Under the pieces are notes generated by a model. It did not search any database and was not told the origin of the DNA. It was given only the letters and a program-made list of their open reading frames with translations. From a virus (taxonomy: Duplodnaviria; Caudoviricetes): 26,984 nucleotides of DNA. This document shows, piece by piece, positions 9,171 to 17,533 of this stretch. Both the position numbers and the translations under genes were made by a program. Where the stretch lies: IMG/VR virus record IMGVR_UViG_3300017989_000388, positions 1 through 26,984 of that record. The stretch is one strand, 5' to 3'. Position 1 is the first letter of the stretch. Each line of letters opens with the position of its first letter.

Positions 9171-10217
9171 TTAGACGGCGCTCGTGAATAGGAACGTCGC
9201 GGCCGGGGCGGTCAGCACCGGCACCTCGTCGAGAACCACCGAGAGCTGGACGCGACGGTTGCGATCGTCACGCAGGGTCTCGACGCTGAGTTCCTCGTAG
9301 ACGAAGTTGGTGATCGAGCTGAAGCTCGGTCCACCGCCGCCTTCGTTGACCAGCGCGCCGGGTCGGCTGACGAGGGCCGCATAGCCGCTCTGCCAGACGA
9401 AGTCGGCCGATCGCGTGGCACCCTTCTTACTCGACACGCGGACGGTGTCGTCGACCACCACGGGGTAACCGTAGAGCTGGTCGGGCAGACCCCACTCGGT
9501 GTTAATCCCCTTGATGTCGCCCCGCACCTGCGCCCAGGCTTCGGGCGAGTGCTTGACATGATCGACGATCTCCTGCGTCTCGGCAAGTTCCATTGCCGTC
9601 GCCGGGCCGATCACAAGGTGCAAGTCCTTCTGCTTGACCACGCCCAAGGTCGCCTTCTTAATGACGCCGAGTGCATAGTTCAACGAGCGGCGGACGTCCT
9701 GCCGTTGCGTCGTCGATTGACCCCAGTTGCCGGTATTGCCGGTGATTGAGGCGACGGCGCTGTAATGGCCGCTGTCGTAGTTCGACGTATCGGTCAAACA
9801 GGTGTAGACACGCTGGGTGCGGGCGGTCATCGCCTGCTGACCATGGATCGCGCCGTGGATCCCCAGGATGTCGAAGTCGGCTTGGTCGACGGACTTGTTG
9901 CCGAGATTGGCACCGAACTCGGTACGAATCGTCTTGTATTCGAGGAACTGGAACGATTCCGTCCCTTCGTTGCGGAGCGGTCGCTCTTGACCGTCCGCCC
10001 AGACGAACTCGGAAATCGCATCCGAGTTGAGCAAGCGGGCCGCCTGCTCGGCGGTGAATTGCAGGTAGTAGCCCGACTCTTTCTGGACCGGCTTAATCTG
10101 CGTCACTTGGTTGACCGCGAAATCGTCGATATTTCGCGAGTAGCTAATTACCATGTTGCCAGAGGCTTCATGGTTCTTAACAAAGGTGTTTGAACCACTA
10201 GGGTATGTGGCGGGCAT
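9171..10217 (-). CDS. Major capsid protein (HK97 fold expected)
   Basis: 348 aa, position after scaffold and decoration genes, strong GGAGG SD, LPDQLYGYPVVV segment and terminal FLFTSAV typical of this capsid class. Confidence 0.88.
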   Translation of the reverse strand: MPATYPSGSNTFVKNHEASGNMVISYSRNIDDFAVNQVTQIKPVQKESGYYLQFTAEQAARLLNSDAISEFVWADGQERPLRNEGTESFQFLEYKTIRTEFGANLGNKSVDQADFDILGIHGAIHGQQAMTARTQRVYTCLTDTSNYDSGHYSAVASITGNTGNWGQSTTQRQDVRRSLNYALGVIKKATLGVVKQKDLHLVIGPATAMELAETQEIVDHVKHSPEAWAQVRGDIKGINTEWGLPDQLYGYPVVVDDTVRVSSKKGATRSADFVWQSGYAALVSRPGALVNEGGGGPSFSSITNFVYEELSVETLRDDRNRRVQLSVVLDEVPVLTAPAATFLFTSAV

Positions 10218-10236
10218 CGTGTTGGCCTCCTGCCAT

Positions 10237-10266
10237 AGAAAAAAGTAAACGGCCTAACCAAAGGCC
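10237..10266 (-). terminator. Weak terminator-like hairpin upstream of the capsid gene
   Basis: Minus strand GGCCT-ttggtt-AGGCC followed by GTTTACTTTTTT. Confidence 0.3.
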
Positions 10267-10274
10267 AACGATCG

Positions 10275-10697
10275 TTAGCTCAAGAGTGCGGTTTGACCCT
10301 CGCCGCGCAGGGCAACCATCACGCGGATCTTGTCGCCAGAGACGCCGGACGAGAGGGCGGTGGCACCAACCTCTTGCGTGGTCGTGCCGTTGGCGATGAC
10401 CACGCCTTTGCCGTTGGCGTCGGCTTTCAGGTCGTCGCCGGCCGCGACCGTGCCGCCCAACTCCAAGAGACACTCCTCGCCCATCCCGTGAACGCGAAGC
10501 GACTCGTTGGCGGCGGCCGCCAGGGCGGTGGAGACGCTGGGGATCGGCGCTTCACGGGTGCCTTGCTGACTGACGCCGATGATCTTGGCGTTGGCACCGG
10601 CTTGCAGCACGGCGTGGTCGTTGGAGTCGTCCTGCTTGACAAAACGGCAAGGGTAAATGTCGCCTTTGGCGATGAAGCTCGGGCCTGCAATAGCCAT
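10275..10697 (-). CDS. Capsid decoration/cement protein, DUF2190-like
   Basis: 140 aa Ala/Gly-rich: IIGVSQ, LELGGTVAAGDDLKADANGK, GATALSSGVSGDKIRV. Confidence 0.8.
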   Translation of the reverse strand: MAIAGPSFIAKGDIYPCRFVKQDDSNDHAVLQAGANAKIIGVSQQGTREAPIPSVSTALAAAANESLRVHGMGEECLLELGGTVAAGDDLKADANGKGVVIANGTTTQEVGATALSSGVSGDKIRVMVALRGEGQTALLS

Positions 10698-10729
10698 GTT
10701 TGGCTCCTTACTGGTTTAGTTGGTTGAAT

Positions 10730-10772
10730 AAAAAAACGGCCACCTGCCCTCCGTAGAGGGCGGATGACCGTT
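10730..10772 (-). terminator. Rho-independent terminator
   Basis: Minus strand AACGGTCATCCGCCCTC-TACG-GAGGGCAGGTGGCCGTT then T-tract: 17-bp stem with two G-U pairs and one mismatch, c(UACG)g tetraloop. Confidence 0.8.
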
Positions 10773-10809
10773 CGCAGTGGTCGTTACTGAATCGAGTTGT
10801 CGGGGCCGC

Positions 10810-12279
10810 TTACTTGGCGGCTTCCATCTTGGCGACGGCGTCGTCGAGGTCGGCGATCTTCTCGCCGCGACTGCGAGCGTCCGTCATGTACTTGATCGCT
10901 TTCTCCACCGTGTCCTTGGAGTAGCGGTCGCGGATGCCGCTTGCCGGAGCGGCCGCGTCGGCGGCCGGGGTTTCGACGGCGGGCATTTCACCCGGCGGGA
11001 TCGTGCGGCCGTCGACCAGCGGATCTTTGAACTCGTGGATCGCCTCGATGCGGGCGTTGAACTCCTCGGGGGTCATTTTCGAGCCGCGGGAGTAAAGGCA
11101 GCGATCCTTTTCTTTTTCGAGGTCGAGCGAGTATTTCATCGTCGCCTCGGTCAACTCGTCGAGTCGTCGGGAATCCTCCTTGGCGTTGGCGTCTTGCGCC
11201 ATCGCTTTGCGGAGATTGACGTTTTCGGCCTGCAAGCTGCGGTTCTCGGCCTCCAAGCGTCGGTACTTGGCGACCTCGCGGTTGCGGGCCGTGCGGTTGA
11301 TCGAGTACATCTCGGTCTCGTCCTCGTCTTCCTCCTCACCCTCGGCAGCCGGTTCCGGTGCGGGGGCCGGTTCCTCTGCGCCGATGTCGCCACCCAAGTC
11401 GCCGGTTTCCTCGGCCGGGGGCGGTTCGATCGGCTCCTCGTTCGGCATCTCGTCGGCCGGGTCGGCGATCGGCGGTTCAATGGGGGCTTCGTCGAGTGGT
11501 TCGTCGGCCGGGGCTTCCTCGATTGCGGCCTCGTCTTCGACCGCGGGGACTTCCGCCTCGTCGGTCATCTCGGTCAGCTTCTGCCATTGCTTGGTCGTCA
11601 TTAGGGCGTCGAGTACGGCTTTTACAATTGCGTCTTGATCCATGGACGGTGTCTCCGTTTTGGCAAATTTCTTAACGAATGTGTTACCGCCCGCAGGTGC
11701 TGCCGGGGCTGCGGCCGGACAAGAGGCGGTGTACTTTTCTACGGTTTCGCCGCTCGCTAACCTAGCGAACCGCAGGCCCGTGTCGAGCCTCGGCGTCTCT
11801 GCTCCCAGCATCGCGATCGGGTCGATAATCCGCTCGCCCATCGACTTCGCCATCCAAACCTCGACCGACCGCCGCGGCAGTTTCTTCGCCTTGGCGTGGC
11901 TCTCGCGAAAGTGCCATTCGTCGCAGGCGATCGCGTAGCGGGGGTTGAGACGGCCGAATTTGACGACGCGGAAGTTACCGGCAAAGCCCATCACCTCGGG
12001 CATCTTCGCGCCCTTGATGATCTCCTCGTGTTCGGGCGTGTGACCGTCGGTCAGAGCGGCGAAGTCGTCGCTGTCGAGGATTCGGTAATTACAGCGGTCG
12101 CAGATCGCTTGCAGCGCCTCTTTATTGTACTGCTGCGTGCGGCCCTTGCGGTCTTTAGTGGTGTGTTCCGTGAAGACGATCGAGTCGCGGACATGCACGA
12201 AGTTGCTCGCCGGGAATTTTTGCCGGGCGAGTCGCTCGATCTTCTGGTGATCGCGGAGTTGGTGGGTGCTGGCAACCAT
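10810..12279 (-). CDS. Prohead protease-scaffold fusion (Mu gpI/Z-like)
   Basis: N-terminal domain with GHT, PRRSVEVW and IAMLGAETP (His/Ser protease-like motifs), then an acidic Pro/Glu linker and coiled-coil scaffold. Position before capsid genes. Confidence 0.75.
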   Translation of the reverse strand: MVASTHQLRDHQKIERLARQKFPASNFVHVRDSIVFTEHTTKDRKGRTQQYNKEALQAICDRCNYRILDSDDFAALTDGHTPEHEEIIKGAKMPEVMGFAGNFRVVKFGRLNPRYAIACDEWHFRESHAKAKKLPRRSVEVWMAKSMGERIIDPIAMLGAETPRLDTGLRFARLASGETVEKYTASCPAAAPAAPAGGNTFVKKFAKTETPSMDQDAIVKAVLDALMTTKQWQKLTEMTDEAEVPAVEDEAAIEEAPADEPLDEAPIEPPIADPADEMPNEEPIEPPPAEETGDLGGDIGAEEPAPAPEPAAEGEEEDEDETEMYSINRTARNREVAKYRRLEAENRSLQAENVNLRKAMAQDANAKEDSRRLDELTEATMKYSLDLEKEKDRCLYSRGSKMTPEEFNARIEAIHEFKDPLVDGRTIPPGEMPAVETPAADAAAPASGIRDRYSKDTVEKAIKYMTDARSRGEKIADLDDAVAKMEAAK

Positions 12280-12281
12280 AT

Positions 12282-12320
12282 AAAAAAAGACCGCACAGCG
12301 CGAAGCACGCCGTGCGGTCT
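12282..12320 (-). terminator. Terminator-like hairpin with U-tract abutting the protease start codon
   Basis: Minus strand AGACCGCACGGCG-tgcttcg-CGCTGTGCGGTCT-TTTTTT-AT-ATG: 13-bp stem. Confidence 0.75.
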
Positions 12321-12573
12321 AGCGGGACCGTTTCCGATTGGACTGCTGCTCAAGCCGTCGCGATAGAGCATCTTCATCGCGTTCAACAATTGAACGGATG
12401 GGACCGAACTTGCCTCGGTGACGAGAGATGCGAATGCCGATCGTGCCGACGAAATCTTCGGCGTCGGCATTGCGGAGGAGAATCTCTAGCACGCGGAGAG
12501 CGCGTTCCCTCTTATCTTTATTATACACTCTACGTGAACTTTGGGTAGTGTAATCACCCTGCTTGCTGCTCAT
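12319..12573 (-). CDS. Small basic hypothetical protein (about 84 aa)
   Basis: Likely start MSSKQ at 12573. Helix then FVGTIGIRISRHRGKFGPI strand pattern, loosely DUF2292-like. Confidence 0.55.
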   Translation of the reverse strand: MSSKQGDYTTQSSRRVYNKDKRERALRVLEILLRNADAEDFVGTIGIRISRHRGKFGPIRSIVERDEDALSRRLEQQSNRKRSR

Positions 12574-15500
12574 TTTTCTCGGATTTTCCCTGTTTTTTCC
12601 TGACAATCTCGGTTTGGATGGCCTCGGCGGCCAGTTGGAGGGTGTTGCGGGCCAGGATCGTCTCGCCGACGTCGTAGCCTTTTTCCCCTTCCAACTCGGT
12701 TAATTCAGCCACCTTCCAAAGGTTCTGGCCGCCGCCGGGGCTGGCGTTCCAAACGCCAAAGCGGCCGACCGGCGTTACCATCTGGTACGCGCCGGGTTGG
12801 ACTTCGATCAGGTTCATCCGGGCGGTGGTGAACCGTTTGTACTGCTGGCGCTCGCCCCGGCGCGAGAAGGGGATCGCCGCCAATTCCTCATCGCTGACGT
12901 CGTTGAGTGCATCGTCCTCCCAAGGGTCGTAGTCCGGGTCGTCGTCGAAGGGGATCGCTTCCAGGTCGGCGTCACTGACTCGGTCGAGTGGTTGACTGCC
13001 GCGACGGTCGCTGGGGAAACCAACCTTCTGTTCAATATCCTCGATGGCGGCTTGAATCAGATCGCGGTCGTATTTTGGTGGTGCGGTGCGTTTTCCTTGT
13101 ATGAGGAAGTTTGCGAGTGCTGCCTCGGCGTCACCCTTGCCGGACATACTGCCGGTATTCCAGTGCAGCGCCTCGGGGTAGTGGCTCTCGGCGATCTGCA
13201 CTAGCTCGTCGAAGCGAAGGATATTGTCGGGATCTTCACCAGCGCGCAACCGCCTGACAATATCCCCTCGGCCTCCTGCATGTTCAATGAGACTGTTGTG
13301 TCTGTCGACTTCGTCTTTATGGTCTGCGTAGAATTGGTCGTAGTAATCCCGGAAGAAGTTACGGTCTTCCTCGTCTTCAAATATTTCCTGAAGCGTTGTC
13401 TCGTACTGTTTCTGCATGGCAGAGGCGTTTTCAGACTTCGCCTCTTGTTTACGGCGGGCAGCTTCAGCGGCTGCGGCTTGTGTCTGCTCCCATCTTGCTG
13501 CTTCTTCCGCGGCGATCTGTTGGTCGCGAGCCTCGCGCTGCTCGGGCGTTAGCTTGGCGTTGGCCTCCTCTTGTAGCCGCTGGAGTTCCTCGGCACCGGC
13601 TCGATTCAATCGTTCCTCGTGCCGCCGCTGCTCGTCTTTGTAGGCCCGCTCCGACTGGACCGTCTGCTGCTCTCGCTCCTCGATGTCAAATAGCGTCCCC
13701 TGCTCGCCCGTGATCGGGTCGGCGTCGGCGCTGCCGGTTAAGCCGTTGCTAGGTTCGGCAGGCGCGCTATCCTGTTGCCGCGCCCACTCAGCCAAAGCAG
13801 CGTCGTTCTCTGGGGCGGTCGGCGTCGGTGTTTCGACCGGCGGCTGCAACGCCTCCAGTCGCGACATGATCTCGGCGCGGAGATCGTCGTGAAACTTTTT
13901 GGCGGTGTCTGTCTGTGTGGCGGTGGTGTCAGTCTCAGCGGCTGTCTCGCCGGGTTGATCGGTCGGCGGCGGCTCGGGTTCTGGCTCCGCTGCCTGCTCG
14001 GGCGGTTCCGGCTCGTCCGGTCTCTCACCGGCCGGACTGAGCATGTCTTCTAACTGCTCGTCGCTGATCGTCTCGGGTGGCAGCGTGTGTTCGCCTGCCA
14101 ACTGCTCCGATTGTTCCAAAGCGGCTTGTCGCTGGCTTTGGAGTCTTTGCTGCTCATCTTCTTCGGGAGCTTCCGTTGTCGTTGCGGCCGCGGCTTGCTT
14201 GTCGGCTTCCAAGTCCTCGGACGCCCGCAAGAATTGCAGCGCCGCCCTCATCGACATATTGCGGAACTTGGGATCCTTCTGCTGTTTCTCGTTCTCGGCG
14301 GCGGGTTGTTGCCAACCGAGACCGGCCGCCAAGCCCATCACCATCGAGACTAGAGACGCCGTTTTCTTGCCGCCAAAGCGGTTGGCAAGGTACATCGCCC
14401 CCAGGGCCGCGGCGGTGAACGCCAGCGACTTGAGCATGTTGGCCGACGACTGCGGCGACTCGGTGACCGGCGCACCGCTCGCCTCGTTGAGATGGGCGAG
14501 CGCGGCCTGCATGTTTTGATCGGCGGTCAAGTCGGGATCGGCGTGCCAGCCGCCGTCGATCGCTTTATTCAGTAAGTGTCGCACCGCACCGGCGTTGTTC
14601 TGGGCTAGACCGACGTCCTGCCGGTACTGGTAGCCGTGTGACTCGGCGTGGGCGACTGTGTCGTGCATGTGGGCGGATTGCTGGTGCATCCAGCGGGCCG
14701 CCGCTTGCGCGTTCTCCTCGCGACTACCGCCCTGCGGCTTGTAGCCGAGCAACCCGGCCGCCTTCAAAACGTAAGAGTTGGCGTGACGGGCTTGCGTCTG
14801 GGCGTCGGCTTGCGGGTCTTTTGGTTGGTAGCCGTAGGCCGCGGCGGTGGACATGATGTCGACCGGCTCCTGCGACTCCTGCTGGCCGCCCTGCTGCTCT
14901 CCTCCTGGCAACACGGCGTCCCCGCTGATCGGGTCGGTGGGCGCTTGCGGCTCACCGGCCCCCCGCTCGATCGGGGCTTCGTCCTGGTAGCGGACCTCGC
15001 CCGTGCGGGTGTTTTGGAAGCCCTGCCCGCCACTCTCGCCGACATACGGCACCCATTCAGAATCCGCCGTACCGGAGATCGGCACTTCGGGTGACTGCGG
15101 AGCCGGCGGCGGTTGCGACGAATCAATCAAGTCGTCGGCTGGGGTAGCTTGGCTCATGCCGACCGCGGCCATCGGCGGTTGCTGCTCGAAGCCGTCGGGT
15201 GTGATCGGCAGCGCCGGTTTAGCAACCCCTTCCTGCTGCGGGGCTTCTTGCGGCGCGAACGGTGCCTGCTCGCCCGGCTTCGTTGGTAGCGGCGGCATCG
15301 TGTCGAACGGCGCAGACAAACTGGTCGACTTACCGTCCATTGAATCCGACTCGTCGACCGGCAGTACGGGAGATGAAGCGTCGGGTGCTGGCGGCGGCTC
15401 GGGGATCTGTCCGCTGGCCTGTTTACCGGAGTCATCGGCGTCCAGCCAAGCGGCGATCTGTTCGTCGCTTGGGTTCCTGTTGGCGCTCTTAAAGGCATTG

Positions 15501-17533
15501 CGGACCCAGTCGCTCTGCTTGTACTTCATCTTGTCGTCGGGGACACGAGCTTGATCGTTGCTCGCCACAAAGACCGGAGCCGTGTTGCCACCGCTGACCA
15601 CCTCCACCACCTGAAAGTGCTTGGCGAGTAGATTGCGGACCAACGATGTTGCATCTTCAGGGTCCGTGCCATTGAACGCACCCTTACGAGGTTCGCTCGG
15701 CAGGTTGGCGATAACGACGCCGCCAGCGGCAACCGACTCGGCGATCTCTTGCACGGTCCTTTTGAGTTCCTCATCCGAATCCTGTACGTTCAACACGTTG
15801 GAAGCAAAGACAACGTCGTAGGTTTTACTGAGAGCGTCGGGGTCGTGTAGCTCGCCCTGGTTGCCGCCGTAGTCGTAGGCGGTCACATCGTAGCCACTGC
15901 CTTTACGCCGTTCGGCGTGTGCGGCGGTTTTACCTGCGCTAAAGTCGAGGATCGTGCTGCTTTTGTCCACGAGCTTCTCGACGATACGCGGGACGACCGC
16001 ATTAGGGCCGATCATACCGCTGGAGCGACTGGTCGCGTTGGCAACGCCGACCGCTTGCTGGTCGTGCGGGTGCTGGCGATACCGCTCGGCGATCACCACT
16101 TCCCGCTCGGTCGGCTCGCCCTTCATGTAACGAATGACTTCGTCTTTGTCCTCCTCAAAGGCGAAGATGGCGTTACCCTGTTGGATCGCGACGGCGACTC
16201 CCTCGGGGGCGTGGGCTTTGGCGTCGTGCCATTGGGCGCGGGCGGAGTGGTATCGACGCTCGTACCGATAGCGGTTGTCTTTTGGATTGAATGTTCCCAA
16301 GTTATCCACGCTCTTGACTTGCTCTGGTGAAAAGGCGATCCAGTGGTCGGTGTCCTCGGTGACGCCTTCCATCCCGGGGAAGAACGACTTGGCGTTGCGG
16401 TAATGCACGCCGTCGTGGCCTAGCTCGCGAAAGACTTCTTGGGTGTACTCGCCAACCGCCCAGTTACCTTCGTCATCCATAAGCTCGGTGCAGTGCTTTT
16501 TAATGGCGGTGTAAACATCGTAGGCAGAGATACCGCTGTCGGCGTAATCAGCAAGTTCCTGCCATGCGTCCTGCCACTGGTCACCCCAACCTTCGTAGTT
16601 GTAGTAGCAACTCTGCATGGCGTTCATGAGGTCGATCGCGGAGCCTCCCTCGTCAACTACTTCGGCGCTGTCTTCGTCGTAGTCGGGGTCTTCGGGACTG
16701 CGACCTTGATCGTCTTCCCAAATCAACTCAAGCTCGAAGATCGTGCCACCCTTGCGGTGACCTTCGTTGGCTTGCAGAACGACCGGCTTACGGATATTAA
16801 GGTAGGCTGAGATCACTCGCTGTGTGTCGCCGACTAGTTCTTTGCGAGCGAGATCATGGACGTAGTCATCGAAGTCGGTGTCGGGGTCGAGTTCCCCTTC
16901 CTCGATCTTCTCGTCGAAGTCCCAGCGGAACTTGTCGTCATCTGCAACTCGTTCTACGAACTGCTCGATGCGGCCGGTGAGATCCGGTCCTTCGCCCGCA
17001 TAGTTACTGTCTACGTCGTCGGCAGAGGTCGAGAAATAAAACCCGGTCCCCATGTCGTTTTCGATGTTCGCGTTGTCGTAACCGAACGCCTCGAAGTCGT
17101 GGGTCGTGCCGTGCTTGACGATTAGTGGGTTGCCGTCCTCATCGACCACCTTCGAGTATTGGATCGTCTCGGCAGGCTCGTGAGTACGCGGGTCGATCAC
17201 CTTCGAGGCGTTCTCGGGATCGCCCTCCCAGTCGCCAAACCAGTTCTTGAAGACCTGGGAGCGAGTGCCGTTCTCCTGCCAGTCGCGGATCGCCTCTTGT
17301 ACCTCCGGTGGATATTCTTCTTTCTGCTCTTGCTCGGCTGACGCAGGCTGCCCGTCCGGTTGTTCATCCGGCTGACTCGGTGGCTCGGGTTGGGCAGGCT
17401 GCTCGGGCGCAGCACCCGAACCATCGGGACACTCGTCCTGGTAGCGGACCTCGCCCGTGCGGCTATTCTGCCAGCCCTGACCGCCACGCTGACCGACAAA
17501 CGGAACCCATTCACTCATTACGGAATCTTTCAT
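12554..17533 (-). CDS. Large polyvalent protein (ART-PolyVal-like, MutS-I-like fragment, SAM methyltransferase, helical repeats, membrane hairpin, coiled coil); probable internal virion protein
   Basis: FKNWFGDW..SKV...PLIVKHGT..F..F...GFYFS...YLNIRKP...GHDGV...IAFSPEQVKSVDNLGTF (16260-17270); ILDFSAG...YD...YDVVFASNVLNV (15560-16050). Start may be MSEW at 17518. Confidence 0.8.
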   Translation of the reverse strand: MKDSVMSEWVPFVGQRGGQGWQNSRTGEVRYQDECPDGSGAAPEQPAQPEPPSQPDEQPDGQPASAEQEQKEEYPPEVQEAIRDWQENGTRSQVFKNWFGDWEGDPENASKVIDPRTHEPAETIQYSKVVDEDGNPLIVKHGTTHDFEAFGYDNANIENDMGTGFYFSTSADDVDSNYAGEGPDLTGRIEQFVERVADDDKFRWDFDEKIEEGELDPDTDFDDYVHDLARKELVGDTQRVISAYLNIRKPVVLQANEGHRKGGTIFELELIWEDDQGRSPEDPDYDEDSAEVVDEGGSAIDLMNAMQSCYYNYEGWGDQWQDAWQELADYADSGISAYDVYTAIKKHCTELMDDEGNWAVGEYTQEVFRELGHDGVHYRNAKSFFPGMEGVTEDTDHWIAFSPEQVKSVDNLGTFNPKDNRYRYERRYHSARAQWHDAKAHAPEGVAVAIQQGNAIFAFEEDKDEVIRYMKGEPTEREVVIAERYRQHPHDQQAVGVANATSRSSGMIGPNAVVPRIVEKLVDKSSTILDFSAGKTAAHAERRKGSGYDVTAYDYGGNQGELHDPDALSKTYDVVFASNVLNVQDSDEELKRTVQEIAESVAAGGVVIANLPSEPRKGAFNGTDPEDATSLVRNLLAKHFQVVEVVSGGNTAPVFVASNDQARVPDDKMKYKQSDWVRNAFKSANRNPSDEQIAAWLDADDSGKQASGQIPEPPPAPDASSPVLPVDESDSMDGKSTSLSAPFDTMPPLPTKPGEQAPFAPQEAPQQEGVAKPALPITPDGFEQQPPMAAVGMSQATPADDLIDSSQPPPAPQSPEVPISGTADSEWVPYVGESGGQGFQNTRTGEVRYQDEAPIERGAGEPQAPTDPISGDAVLPGGEQQGGQQESQEPVDIMSTAAAYGYQPKDPQADAQTQARHANSYVLKAAGLLGYKPQGGSREENAQAAARWMHQQSAHMHDTVAHAESHGYQYRQDVGLAQNNAGAVRHLLNKAIDGGWHADPDLTADQNMQAALAHLNEASGAPVTESPQSSANMLKSLAFTAAALGAMYLANRFGGKKTASLVSMVMGLAAGLGWQQPAAENEKQQKDPKFRNMSMRAALQFLRASEDLEADKQAAAATTTEAPEEDEQQRLQSQRQAALEQSEQLAGEHTLPPETISDEQLEDMLSPAGERPDEPEPPEQAAEPEPEPPPTDQPGETAAETDTTATQTDTAKKFHDDLRAEIMSRLEALQPPVETPTPTAPENDAALAEWARQQDSAPAEPSNGLTGSADADPITGEQGTLFDIEEREQQTVQSERAYKDEQRRHEERLNRAGAEELQRLQEEANAKLTPEQREARDQQIAAEEAARWEQTQAAAAEAARRKQEAKSENASAMQKQYETTLQEIFEDEEDRNFFRDYYDQFYADHKDEVDRHNSLIEHAGGRGDIVRRLRAGEDPDNILRFDELVQIAESHYPEALHWNTGSMSGKGDAEAALANFLIQGKRTAPPKYDRDLIQAAIEDIEQKVGFPSDRRGSQPLDRVSDADLEAIPFDDDPDYDPWEDDALNDVSDEELAAIPFSRRGERQQYKRFTTARMNLIEVQPGAYQMVTPVGRFGVWNASPGGGQNLWKVAELTELEGEKGYDVGETILARNTLQLAAEAIQTEIVRKKQGKSEKNEQQAG
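14979..15022. repeat. Dispersed repeat, copy 2 (encodes GFQNTRTGEVRYQDE)
   Basis: 14990-15022 is identical to 20196-20228 (33 bp); 14979-15008 is identical to 17433-17462 (30 bp). Confidence 0.9.
17433..17462. repeat. Dispersed repeat, copy 1 (N-terminus of polyvalent protein)
   Basis: tcgtcctggtagcggacctcgcccgtgcgg, identical to 14979-15008. Confidence 0.9.

Noticed and set aside
12520-12525. Perfect TATAAT on the minus strand in an AT-rich patch upstream of the protease gene
   Set aside because: No acceptable -35 or TGn extension, and it lies inside a probable CDS.
15440-15500. NRNPSDEQIAA, resembling the start of the inorganic-pyrophosphatase-like domain of polyvalent proteins
   Set aside because: Only about 10 residues match and the rest of the domain is absent; at most a remnant.
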